NCBI RefSeq assembly: GCF_006345805.1
Contig: NC_043006.1
Coordinates: forward strand, 67,828,001-67,892,000
Reading direction: 5' to 3'
Length of the DNA: 64,000 nucleotides
Source of the DNA: Octopus sinensis
Taxonomy: Eukaryota
The first letter of the stretch is position 1. Each line of letters starts with the position of its first letter. The position numbers were made by a program, and so were the translations under genes. This document shows positions 36,450-49,251 of this stretch, in pieces. The notes below the pieces were generated by a model. That model searched no databases. It had not been told where the DNA came from and saw only the letters and a program-made list of their open reading frames with translations.

Positions 36450-36653
36450 TGAAATAGAAAGATGAATAATCTTGTTGCAGATTAATCAAAAGTTTAACCG
36501 ATACCTTGGTAGCAAAAATCACAGCAGAAGACAGCACGGTTGGAGGTACAACCATATGGTGTTGCAACCGTGCGTTGGTGCGGATAATTGAATTTTAATA
36601 TTATTAGTGAATTGAAGAAATGGAGTTGAACGAAGATTGAACAGAAATCGTTT

Positions 36654-36746
36654 TATTGCATTCTACACGTGTTTCGAAAGGCACAATTTACCAAATTCTG
36701 ATTGAATAAGGAGACCATATTGTGTCTTTCTCTTCAGGAAGAAATA
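36654..36746 (-). ncRNA. Type I hammerhead ribozyme, intact core
   Basis: CTGAAGA core, 11/12-bp stem II, GAA, palindromic ACACGTGT helix III, GUA cleavage triplet, stem I TTC/GAA plus TATT/AATA. Confidence 0.75.
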
Positions 36747-38038
36747 GGAAATCCGTTGGAAAAAACAAAAACAGAACAGAGGCGGAGCAAAACAAATCGA
36801 ACGAGGCTCCTAAGAGCCCATGGCCAAACTGTTTATCAATGTATGTTGAAAACTGGTGGTGGGTGCGTTGAAGGTTTTAACGGGTCAGGCAGCGGTCATT
36901 CTGGTGGGTGGGAGCACAGGGTGCTTAGATGTTCTTTGTGACCGAGACTAAAGTTCTGACTATTTAAAGAATATTAGGTGTATTATATGGGGCGAGACAA
37001 AATCTACTTAGAAACATGTGTCTGTGTACTGTTCTATGTGTTCGTATGTGCGTTTGATCACGTGGCCGTCAGTTGGTAAACAGCCCTACACAATGGTCAC
37101 TGCTGTAAAATCCGGTCTCAGATGTCTTCTCTTATGTCGGGGCCTCATCGTCAAGATTGACCTCACGAATCTCCAACCATTACGCAACTTTTCGAGACGT
37201 GAATAAATGCCAGACCACGGGACTTAGCAAGCTAATATGGCGATTGAAGAATACGAACTCAAGCTACAGCCTGGAATGGTCAATTTTGTCGGTGGCCCTC
37301 CCATTTGACAGGGGCAGAAGGAAGTGCAACCTTTGTGTCTCTGAACTCTTCCATATATTGTTCGCCAGAGACTGGATGGTAAACGGACTTTTACAGTCGG
37401 CTTTTCGATGCCCCCACTGGCGGCGTTATACTTATCTTGCTTATAAATAACGCTTATAAATAATACCTGCACCCGGTTACACTACTTATATGAAAATAGC
37501 CCTTGGAAATAAATTCTGAAATACTTTTAAGAGAAATATGATTAACCATTGCAAGGGAAATTACTCCTGGGAGACGAATGGTGGTTTGTCTTGACGACGG
37601 GGGGTTTCTTTGACAAGGCATGTTTAGACGAACACACACACACATAAAAAAATTTTTTTCTGCCACCCGACGGATTTTACAGCAGTGACCATTGTGTAGG
37701 GCTGTTTACCAACTGACGGCCACGTGATCAAACGCACATACGAACACATAGAACAGTACACACACACATGTTTCTAAGTAGATTTTTTCTCGCCCCATAT
37801 AATACACCTAATATTCTTTAAATAGTCAGAACTTTAGTCTCGGTCACAAAGAACATCTAAGCACCCCGTGCTCCCACCCACCGGAATGACCGCTGCCTGA
37901 CCCGTTAAAACCTTCAATGCACCCATCACCAGTTTTCAACATACATTGATAAACAGTTTGGCCATGGGCTCTTAGGAGCCTCGTTCGATTTGTTTTGCTC
38001 TGCCTCTGTTCTGTTTTTGTTTTTTCCAACGGATTTCC

Positions 38039-38131
38039 TATTTCTTCCTGAAGAGAAAGACACAATATGGTCTCCTTATTCAATCGGAATTTGGTAAATT
38101 GTGCCTTTCGAAACACGTGTAGAATGCAATA
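38039..38131 (+). ncRNA. Type I hammerhead ribozyme, intact core (mirror copy)
   Basis: CTGAAGA 38048-38054; GAAAGACACAAT/ATTGTGCCTTTC stem II; GAAACACGTGTA with predicted cleavage after 38121. Confidence 0.75.
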
Positions 38132-38179
38132 AAACGATTTCTGTTCAATCTTCGTTCAACTCCATTTCTTCAATTCACT

Positions 38180-38219
<40 letters not shown>

Positions 38220-38221
<2 letters not shown>

Positions 38222-38430
38222 CTTTACTACCCACAAGGGGCTAAACACAGAGAGGACAAACAAGGGATTAAGTCGATTACATCGACCCCAGTGCGCAACT
38301 GGTACTTAATTTATCGACCCCGAAAGGATGAAAGGCAAAGTCGACCTCGGCGGAATTTGAACTCAGAACGTAACGGCAGACGAAATACGGCCACGCATTT
38401 CGCCTGGTGTGCTAACGTTTCTGCCAGCTC
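38220..38430 (-). mobile_element. SINE family B (young)
   Basis: CpG-rich, close to the 18135 copies. Confidence 0.85.
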
Positions 38431-38599
38431 ACACACACAGATGCCAACAGTAACACATGCATAGATAAAGGTATACATACGTACATACTGCTGAATATTG
38501 ACATTTATAAACACCCCATAACTACACATAGACAAGTTAACCAATACACACACACACACGTGTAGTGTATATATGTATATATATATGTATGTGTGTATG

Positions 38600-38646
<47 letters not shown>

Positions 38647-38790
38647 AACAGTAACACATATGCATAGATATATGTATACATACATACGCATTGCTGAATA
38701 TTGACATTTGTAAACACGCCCATAGCAACACATAGAGAGGTTAACCAATACACACACACACATGTAGTGTATGTATATATATGTGTGTGT

Positions 38791-38824
<34 letters not shown>

Positions 38825-38962
38825 TCTCATATATACACACACAAATGCAAACAGTAACACATATGCATAGATAAAGGTATACATACATACACACTGCTGC
38901 ATATTGACATTCATAAACACCCCCATAACTACACATAGAGAGGTTAACCAATGCACACACAC

Positions 38963-39000
<38 letters not shown>
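38430..39000. repeat. About three ~190-200-bp tandem units containing (CA)n/(TA)n tracts
   Basis: gatgccaacagtaacacat...gctgaatattgacattt...gttaaccaatacacac repeated. Confidence 0.85.
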
Positions 39001-39005
<5 letters not shown>

Positions 39006-39199
39006 ACAATGGACCATGTCCTCACAGTTTGACATACAAACTAGAACACACTTCTACGATACTGTAGATAAAATATATAAACAATCAATAGATAACGGTT
39101 CAATATTTAGTTCAACATATTTCTAGGACACGTGAAAAATAATAGAATTTAGAGATACAGTTCAGGTTAGAATGTAAATAAGTTCACTTCATAAAATTT

Positions 39200-39450
39200 T
39201 TGTGGAGGCACGTGGCTTAGTGGTCAGGGTGTCAGCATCAGGATTGTAAGATTGTGGTTTCGATTCCTGGACCGGGCGACGCATTGTGTTCTTGAGCAAA
39301 ACACTTCATTTCACGTTGCTCCAGTTCACTCAGCTAGCAAAAATGAGTAATGCTGCGATGGACTGGTGTCCTGTCCAGCTGGGAAACCCATATGCCATAG
39401 AAACCAGGAAACCGGACCCATGAACCTGGCTAGGCTTTAAAAAGGGCACA
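39200..39450 (+). mobile_element. CORE-type tRNA-derived SINE
   Basis: gtggcttagtggtcagggtg...gtttcgattcc head, then tgtgttcttgagcaaaacacttcatttc. Confidence 0.8.
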
Positions 39451-39542
39451 TTTATAATTTTTTAAATAAAATTTTAGTGTAGACAAGTTCTACTTATAAA
39501 AAAATATTTAGGTAGCAGTCTTGGAGTCATAATATTCTCTTA

Positions 39543-39970
39543 TTCTCTTATTTGTTTCAGTCATTTGACTGCAGCCATGCTGGAGCACTGCATCTAGTCG
39601 AGTAAATCAACCCCAGGGCTTATTCTGTGTAAGCCTAGTACTTATTCTATCAGTCTATTTTGCCAAACCACTAAGTTACGGGGACATAAACAGACCAACA
39701 TCGGTTGTCAAGCGATGGTGGGGGGGACAAGCACAGACACACAAATATATACATATATATATATATGTGTATGTGTTTATATATATATGTGTGTATGTAT
39801 GTGTGTGTACGACAGGCTTCTTTCAGTTTCCGTCTACCAAATCCACTCACAAGGCTTTGGTCAGCCCAAAGCTATAGTAGAAGACATTTGCCCAAGTGTT
39901 ACACAGTGAGATTGAACCCAGAGCCATGTGGTTGGTAAGCAAGCTACTTACCACAAAGCCACTCCTACAC
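39543..39970 (-). mobile_element. SINE family A
   Basis: Full-length copy. Confidence 0.85.
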
Positions 39971-40379
39971 CTATGTAATATACATATATTGGTGCTGGTG
40001 CCATATGAGATAACACCTGTGATGGTGTCACGTACAAAGCACCCATTCTGGTACCATGTAAAAAGCACTCAGTATATTCTGAAAAGTGGTTGGCATCAGG
40101 AAGGGAAACCAGTCGTAGAGACCATGCCAAAACAGACGAATTGGAGCCTGTTGCAGCTCTCCAGCTTGCCAACTCCTGTCAATCCATCCAACCCATGCTA
40201 GCATAAAAAAACAGATGTTAAATGATGATGTTGTGTGCTCTTTCTAATGCCAACAACTTTACAGAGTGTACTGGGTGCTTTTTATGTGGCACCAGCATCA
40301 GTGCCTTTTACATGGCACCATCACCAAGGCAGGACACTCAGAATGGTCCTGATATACTACACCTTCAAATAAGGATGTG

Positions 40380-41680
40380 ATAGTTACAGTTGGAATATTT
40401 TTTTATTGTGGAGCTGCTGAATCATGTCTCTTATGGAGCATCTAAACAACTGCTGCTGATGAATGGACATAATTTGCAGCATAATGGCACACTCTGCATC
40501 TGTAATTTTTACAGGATATTTTTTACTAATTTTCTGTGAAAAAGTCAAAACTAGGGTGTTTTTTGAGTGCAATGCTTTCTATTGTACATAATCAAGTCAT
40601 AGGATGAAAAGGTAGAATTCGAAGGTATCTCCTTGTAACACGCCTGTAGTAATCTGAAAAAAGATAGTGTTCTGATATAACATCATTCAAAGTTTCTCCA
40701 GGAATGCCATAAGCTAGCAATAACTGTTTCATTTCCCCTTTGTAGATCAAAGTGAAGGTTTTTATGAAATTTATGAAAAGCAGAACAGCTGGTATATACT
40801 TCTCTTTCATTTTCAGTGATTTGCCTGATTGTAAATATTTCAGTTATTGATCTATCTGGACAAAGGCTGCTCTGCTTCTTGTGATGGTCAGTATTTTCTC
40901 AAGCTTGATCCTGATTCTTTTCATGGTATCAAGTTGTAGATTTTAGCCGTAATTGTTATAAGTGTAATGCCACAGTAGTTCTTCATAAAATCTAAGTCTT
41001 CTTTCTTGGATGCTGATACTATACAACCTAGCTACCTATTTCCTCAGGAAGCACATTGTTTTCTCCTCCCAGTCTCCAGACTTCTGCAAGCATGCCATCC
41101 AGATCACAAGCTTTACCATCTTGAAGTCATTTGAAGGCATCTTGCACTCCATCAATGATAAAAGAATCCTTCTTTATGTCAAGTTCTTCAGTTAAGACAG
41201 GATCAATATTGCCCTCAGCAATTTCTGTGGGTTTACTAAGATCTTCATAGTAATTCCTCCATAATTAAACCCTTTCTACTTGAATTAGATCTTTCAGTCA
41301 GGAAATATTTGACTTCCTTCTTTCACTTATTTCATTTCCTATTTTCCATGCAACTGCTGATTTCTTGCTGCCAGCTGCATTTCTGATTTCATCAATCTTT
41401 CCTTGCAGATAATCAACTTGATCTTTTTCAGGGAGAATATTCCTCTTCTATAGCTTTCACTATATTCAGTGGTTGGTGCTGAATCTTTAAATAATGTGGC
41501 TAATTTTGACTCTCACAAACTTGAGTTGTTTCCAATGGCCTTCATTATTTTACCTCTGGGTTTACAAAGAATGATACTGCTTGCTCACTGACTAATTTTA
41601 TGTCGTTCAATGTGTTGTTTGGTGAGTTTGTATTATTTTCCTCTTGAAAGAGCAAATCTGTTCTGAAATTAGATGATGTC
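40380..41680 (-). mobile_element. Decayed non-LTR retrotransposon RT fragment
   Basis: GKACDLDGMLAEVW; KKEDLDFMKNYCGITL; FTIRQI; AVLLFINFIKTF; LLAYGIP (RT subdomains 0-3); many stops. Confidence 0.75.
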
Positions 41681-42625
41681 TTGATATATATATGTAGGCA
41701 CATTACCCCACTTGACAGCAGGTAAACAAGTATTTCATAAATATATTATATTGATATTTAATATTTATGTAAGTAATAATGGACTAATTAATTAATTTAT
41801 TTTTCATTATATGTCTATATATTTATTGATAGAGTAAATTTTAGATTTTAATTACTATATTTGTTGATAATAATTTAGTTATTATTTTTAAATATTTTAT
41901 AATTATTAGATGTGAACTTAAATCTAAAAATATGAATAGTGATTATTTTGTTAAATAATTTGGTAATTAAATATTGGACTATAACTGAGTTAAGGATATT
42001 CGTGAGTTTATTATGTTTTTTTAAAGCCATATTATATCTTCATAGATAAATACATATTTCTATATATTTTTTTACCTTAAAAATAAATATTTAACATAAT
42101 AAATGGGTTGTATGACATAATCCTAATGTTTTAAGTGTCTAATTTAGATAATGGAGTTTTTTTATAAGAAAATTTATTATTTTATTTATTTCTTAAAAAA
42201 TATTGTTTAACTCTATTTGCATATTTATTTAACTATTATCATTAACCTGAAGATTGACAATAATTTTAGTTCAAATTTATTTCAATTGAATTTAAACTTA
42301 ATTGTAATTCGAATTTAATTATAGCCATGAAACATACGTAGTGTTTTTACTTATTATATTATATTTATCATTCTTTTTATACTTTTTGGAAAAAAAAATT
42401 TAATTTTTTATATATAAATTTCATATATATATATTATATTAATTATATTTATATTATTTGTTATTATGTATTGGTTTATGTCTATCACTGTTTGAGTTGC
42501 CTAATAGTGGTTTTATCTCTAATTCATATTTATATTGTGAAATTTGATTTAATCCTAAATCTAATTTTTCCCTGTAAGTTTGGAGCCATACTCCCTAATA
42601 TTATTATTATATTATATATATATAT

Positions 42626-42656
<31 letters not shown>

Positions 42657-43255
42657 GGCAGATGTAAAGAATGTGGACTGCACCCCCTTTCGGTTTTTTT
42701 GTTTTGTTTTTGTTTTTTCATTGAATTCTCCATTTTTGAGTACGGAGATTCTGATTCTGCAAAAAAAAAAATTTTTTTAATTTTAATTCAAATTTAGTGT
42801 TTTCTTGAAACAATAAATTTCTATAGAGATTAAGATTTAAATTCCACTGTATGAAAAGATTCCGTTCTTAAAGGAATGAAAAATTATCAAGCAACTCAGG
42901 CGAACAAGCCATGTAGGTGTACAAGACTAACTGGTATCTCTTGTCAAGAGTATAAGTAACAGTCAGATCGCAGATATTTGTTGTGCACTCTGCTGTTGTT
43001 ATTTGATTGCTGTTATTCTGTGTATCTATGTGTAAAGATCAGTTGTGTTTTGTAGGGTTGCTTTATTTTTACACTTAACTTAGAAATGGAGAAAGACATA
43101 GTGCTAGATATAAAAAAAAAAAGCCATTTGGGGCTAGAAATATTGTAGAAAAATGGGAAATTCTTCAAGCAGGCATGTGTCTTATGTGAAATCTGTGATA
43201 AGCTTGAGTGATACTGATGACCTGGTGTCACCTCTGATATATATATATATATACA

Positions 43256-43652
43256 CACTTTTACTTGCTTCAGTCATTTGACTGTGGCCATTCTGGAGCA
43301 CCACATTTAGTTGGGCAAATCGACCCCAGGACTTATTCTTTGTAAGCATAGTACTTATTCTATCGGTCTCTTTTGCCAAACCACTAAGTTACAGGGATGT
43401 AAACACACCACCATCGGTTGTCAAGCCATGTTGGGGGGACAAACACAAACACACACACATATGTATATATATATCTATATATATACGTACGATAGGCTGC
43501 TTTCAGTTTCTGTCTACCAAATCCACTCACAAGGCTTTAGTCGGCCTGAGGCTATAACAGAAGATACTTGCCCAAGGTGCCACACAGTGGGATTGAACCC
43601 AGAACCATGGGGTTGGTAAGCAAGCTACTTACCACACAGCCACTCCAGCACC
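43256..43652 (-). mobile_element. SINE family A
   Basis: Full-length copy. Confidence 0.85.
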
Positions 43653-43685
<33 letters not shown>

Positions 43686-45239
43686 ATTGTTTGTTTGTGA
43701 GTGCATGTGTGTGTAAATGTGTTTATACTGTGTACACTATATTTGATTACTGGATTTAATAAACAGAAGAATTGATCGAATGTAATGTTTGTTTTTTTAA
43801 TCAATAGTAGATATAAGTTTATGTGTTAATTGATATTTGTGGTTTGCTGATAAGTTCCAATGGAGATAAAAAGATACTTATAGTTTTGTGGCAGTGTTGA
43901 TCTGCACTTGTGTAGTTCACGTGAGAAACTTAGAACAATATCAATATATTCCAGTAATAATGTTGATAAGTTCTAGTGGTTCTATCTGTATGATCTTGTT
44001 ATGATGTTAAGCTCTTGTGCGTTGTTATCATGGAAAATTCAGAAAACCTTCTAGTTCTACTTACATCAGTACTACCTAAAGAAGTTCTCCTTCTCCATCT
44101 TTCCCCTCCCCCCATGAATCTGAGATTTGATATCATGATTTACATTATATACGGTGAATGTTGTGGCAATATTTTGATTAATCCTCTCTACATTTTTCTA
44201 CTTGGAACTACTTTACTAATATGGTAGATGATCTGTTTCAAGACTTCCTCAAAAGAGTTTTGTTTATGTAAGAACACATTATATATCTCTATTAGCATTT
44301 TATTAAGATGCTCATAAAGGCAGTAGACTGATAGAATCAGAGGTTAATGTCATCAAACTCAGTATGTGACTCATGTTTAATTTTTTGAATCTGTAAGAAT
44401 GAAAGACAAATTAATAACTGTCTTAAGAAAGCATCTTGTATAGATGTACACACAAGGATTAGTAGCAGATGAATATCGCAGTATTGTGATTTTTTTACAG
44501 TATATTCACATTAAATAAGACATACAGATCACTATTCTGAACAAAGACTGCATCTATCACCAATAACAATTTTTTACCTATACATCTGTATGAGGAGTCT
44601 CCTCATGACAAATGTCACAGTATTATAGCTTTCACATTAAGCAAGACACACAGCTTACTAGTTTTAATAAGTTGTACTTCCATCACTAATAATGAATTGT
44701 TATCCAGCACAATTGTAAAATTATGTATAGATAAATATATTAGTCAATCGAATTATTCCAACATAGTTTGATTTTCACATTTTATTTTTGTATCTCAATG
44801 TTTTGACAAGTACTTTCATGTTTATAACAATCTTCAGGTAAATGTAGACGTAGTATTATCAAACTAGAAGGCACTTCTGTATCTGAAGTGGAGATAATCT
44901 ATAAATTATATGTTATTTTCAATATTACAGTAGTTTTTGAGCAAATATTTTTAAATGAAATTAAATTTCATATTGAATTAATATTATTGCCCCTTCACAA
45001 CAGTTTCAAATTGTTTGGTAAAATTGCTTTCTTTTATTCTTCTTGTGTTATAACTTTCATATTTTATCACAATCTTTAGGCAATTGATTGCAAAGCAACA
45101 GCACCTATCAAGCTGGTGTTGCTGAATAGTTATATGGAGACAATCTAAAAATAATCAATATAACAGTTTTAGAGTAAAATTAAATTCATACACATATCAA
45201 TATTAACAGTATTATTCACATTATTGTTCATTGAGAATG

Positions 45240-45990
45240 GGTTTGAACCTCTTAATAAAATTCTTTTTCTTTACTCTTCTAACTTCACTTGACTCATAAA
45301 ATTTGCAAAATGGAAATATTTGAAGCATTTTATTGTGCAAGTTTCTAAATGATTACTTAATGGGATCTGAAAGACCCCATTAGGATTCCTAATTTGTTGC
45401 CGGTATACGTGTGCGCATTTCAATAATGAATTCCCTGACCAATATATTGTTGTTCATAATTTATGGATTTGATGCAGTAGATCAGATTTTTGCTTTTACA
45501 GTTGATGTTTACATTTGGAAATATTTTTCTTTCGAGTTGATATACTGAACTGTACACATGAACTGAAATGTACCACAATGGTTGTCTTTGCATTTGGATA
45601 CAATGAGTCTTTTAGCATTGCTGTTTAAGTCAAACTTTACCTCTGTCAACAACTGCTTCAAGGTTTTTGATTGCCTTTTACTTAGGACAAATATTTGATC
45701 TCTAATTAAATGTTCTTTAGTTTGCTACTTTGTCTGATGAGAGATAAGTTTGATTTGACTATATTAGAAATATTTTGATGATATAGGTTGTGTATCACTA
45801 CAAAAGGTGTGATATTCTGGTCTTGTATTGTTCTTTCTTGGGCTAGGCATTTGTTTTACATGTTGTATACTATTTACTATAAGTAGAGGTGGATATCTTG
45901 AATAGAAATCCCTTGAGTTCTGTGTATCATTTGTCAACAGTAGTACAAATTTTCCTAGCTAGACAGTATGGGATGGGATGTTACTCTTTA
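45240..45990 (-). mobile_element. Old Penelope-like element, GIY-YIG region
   Basis: NINCKSKNLIYCIKSINYEQQYIGQ...SKEKEF resembles PLE GIY-YIG; heavily mutated. Confidence 0.6.
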
Positions 45991-46067
45991 TGTGTGCTGG
46001 ATGGTATTATTTGAATTTCATGTACTGTGTATCTGTGTCTTTATAATATATATATCCATTATAAGAT

Positions 46068-46262
46068 GGTGAGCTGGTAGAAATGTTAGCATGCCAGGCG
46101 AAATGCTTAGTGGTATTTCGTCTGTCTTTATGTTCTGAGTTCAAATTCCGCTGAGATTGACTTTGCCTTTCATCCTTTTGGGGCCAATAAATTAAGTACC
46201 AGTTGTGAACTGGAGTCGATCTAATCCCCAAAACTTTCAGGCTTTGTACCTAGAATAGAAAA
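46068..46262 (+). mobile_element. SINE family B
   Basis: gagctggtagaaatgttagcatgccaggcgaaatgcttag head and family body. Confidence 0.8.
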
Positions 46263-46329
46263 GCATATATATCCATTATGAAATTGGTATTATTAAATAC
46301 CACCATATCTAGAAATGGTAATTTTGTAT

Positions 46330-46725
46330 TCTTTTACTTGTTTCGGTCATTTGACTGTGGCCATGCTGGAGCACCGCCTTAAGTCGAGCAAATCGCCCCC
46401 AGGACTTATTCTTTGTAAGCCTAGTTCTTATTCTATCGGTCTCTTTTGCTGAACCGCTAAGTTACAGGGACATAAACACACCGGCATCGGTTGTCAAGCG
46501 ATGTTCGGGTGACAAACACAGACATACAAACATATACACACACATACATATATATATACATACATATATACGACAGTCTTCTTTCAGTTTCCATCTACCA
46601 AATCCACTCACAAAGCTTTGGTCAGCCCGAGGCTATAGCAGAAGACACTTGCCCAAGGTGCCATGCAGTGGGACTGAACCTGGAAGCATGTGGTTCGTAA
46701 GCAAGCTACTTACCACACAGCCACC
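46330..46725 (-). mobile_element. SINE family A
   Basis: Full-length copy. Confidence 0.85.
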
Positions 46726-47149
46726 TTTTTCTAAATTTCAGAGTTGAATGTTCAGAAGGACACTGAATTCTAAATTTTCTCCAAATCTGAAACAACTAAG
46801 ATATCTTTTTGTCTATATACCTTTTAAAAATCAATGCTATATTTTTTTTTATCTCTCCATGTCTTATTTTTACAGCTGTTTTGAATGATCAATGACTAGA
46901 TAATATAACAATGCACATTATGCAAACAGGTGCAATACAGAGGTGCTATTGTAGGTACACATAAAAGCAAAGTCTCAGTATAGATTTTGTTTGCTCAGTG
47001 CAGAAAAGTTACAGCATTTTCTTCAGAAGATGAAGGGCAAGTTGTTTTATTTATTCTGATGAAGTTGGCATTTAAGAGTCTGATCACTCCAAATATTATT
47101 TAGGAACCATCTACACCACACTCAAACACACATTATGTCACCCATTGTT

Positions 47150-47184
<35 letters not shown>

Positions 47185-48011
47185 GAAAGCAAAATATTGA
47201 AATAAAGTTATAATCTTAAGTAAACTACAATGGGTTAAGTAGGATTTTAAAAAGTAAACTTGTGTTTGGTTTAAGAAAATATCAATTTGAATTTTTTGTT
47301 GACATTTGTTCTAAAGAAAGCCAATACCAGATATAATAGTGAAGATGACTGACAGAATAGTTGTAATTTATATTTGATCAGCTTCTATTTAGCTTAGATG
47401 TGTGGTAGTGGGAAATAAAAAAAAATACACCTCCCCCAGCACTTCCAATCCCTTATAAGAAATCAGATTTGAATGAAAGATCTTAGCATTTCTAATATTA
47501 TGTAGTTTGATTAAGGTGACAAGCTGGCAGAATTGTTAGCACACCAGGTAAAATGCTTAGAGGCATTTCATCTGTATTTATGTTCTGAGTTCACAACGTC
47601 GTCGGCTTAACACTGCTCTTGAAATTGCTAGCCTTGTGCCAAAATTTGAAACCAATATAATGTAGTTTGATTGACCCTTTCGTTACTGTAGATTGAGCCT
47701 GGTGCAGCCTTCTGGCCCAACAGCCCTCAGTCAAACTGTCTAACCTATGCCAGCATGGAAAGTGAACATTAAACAACGATGATGATGAGGAGGAGGATAA
47801 CAAAGAACTTAGTTATCATTAAGCTTATATTAGGAACATAAATTGTGACTAAGGTTTGGTGGAAGATTTTAATTAAAAACTTATGAAAACAAGACGTGTG
47901 TACTACAGAGCCAGAACCAGTTTGGTATCAAAAATGATCAACAGACTGACTATAACTAATGGTTGTTAAATTGTTTAAACAGTTGGGCAATTTTCCTACA
48001 TAATTCATTAA

Positions 48012-48231
48012 CCCTTTCGTTACCAACCCAGCTGAAACCGGCTCTGGCTCTGGGTACAAATGTCTTATTTTCATAAGTTTTGAATAAAAATCTTCCACCA
48101 AACCTTAGTCATAATTTATGTTCCTAATAATAGCTGAATGATAACTAAATTATTTTAATAAATTCTTTGTTATATTTAAAGCAATTGAAAGAAACACAGA
48201 GCATCTCAAAATAAATACAGTAACGAAAGGG
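48012..48231. mobile_element. piggyBac-type MITE
   Basis: TTAA|CCCTTTCGTTAC ... GTAACGAAAGGG|TTAA; an inverted partial copy is at about 47805-47925. Confidence 0.85.
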
Positions 48232-48759
48232 TTAAAGAGAAAACATGAAAAAAAGATTGGAAAAAGTGATGTCAAATAATGAATAATTATTTAGAGCTCA
48301 ATATATTTTACTAAAGTGAAACTAGTTTCAGACATGTATATTTATATGTGTTGTTTTATCTTGAGACTGTAAGATTGTTGTAAATAAATGGCATCTATTT
48401 ACAATATGCTGTAAAAACATGTCTAGCCATGGGGAAATATTAACTTGCTTGAAAACAGGAATGAGTTGGCAACAGAAAGGGCATCTGTCCATAGATAATT
48501 TGCCTCAATAAACTCCATCTGATCCATGCAAACATGGAAAAAATGAATGCTAAACAATAATGTTCACACATTATGGAGTTTTCAAATTGAACAATTTGAA
48601 AACTCCACCAGAATGGACGAAAGCGCTAATATATGATATAAGTTATATGATGTATAAAAACATGTAATATACAAATAAATATCTGTAAATATAAAACCAT
48701 CCAAATTTCTGAGCACCTCATTTCTTCTAATATAAAATACCTGTACGTCATCTCCAAAC

Positions 48760-48790
<31 letters not shown>

Positions 48791-49251
48791 AATACACACA
48801 CACACATCTATTAATACAAAGTTATGTCCCTATCTACTTTTTGTGTTAGAGTAATATAGAAGTGGTAGTAGCAGACTAAGATACAAAGAGAGTGAGGGAG
48901 AAAAACAGAAACAACAGAAATATTGGGTTCAGTAAAGAGAGAGAAAACATGAGAAAAGGAGATATGGAAAACGTAATGCAAAGTATTGTGTGTTTGAGTC
49001 TGAATGGAAGTTGAAGTAAAGATACGAGAGAAAGAGTAGTTGAGAGACTGAAGTGATGTGTAAATTTAAAGATAGAAAAAGAGAGAAGGAAGCATATACA
49101 AACAGCATATTTTGTAATGTCGGTGCACCTTCAGTTATTTCATACCCTCCTCTCACTGCAGTTTTTGATTTAATTTTTCAGTGCATCTAAATTATCATAT
49201 AATTAGTTTGTAACATGAATGGAAAACATTCTTAAGATTTTCTGCGCATAT

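Larger units (their letters stand above)
36598..38187. mobile_element. Fold-back Penelope-like element derivative (517-bp inverted arms around a GIY-YIG remnant)
   Basis: Arms 36598-37114 and 37671-38187 differ at about 8 positions; spacer encodes SYVGASS...RISNH...LSKLIWRLK...CNLC (GIY-YIG C-terminus, Neptune-like). Confidence 0.85.

Noticed and set aside
38311-39035. Long ORFs of 170 and 176 aa in the ORF track
   Set aside because: Translations of (CA)n/(TA)n tracts (CVCV, YIYI). The same applies to most short ORFs overlapping SINEs and microsatellites.
42235-42300. Mitochondrial tRNA-Phe (ctgaaga loop)
   Set aside because: The anticodon stem does not pair, so no cloverleaf can be built.
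43950-44200. Polinton/Maverick polB fragment (IKSQIHGGR)
   Set aside because: Only one short motif, with the wrong spacing to any DxNSLYP-like motif; insufficient.
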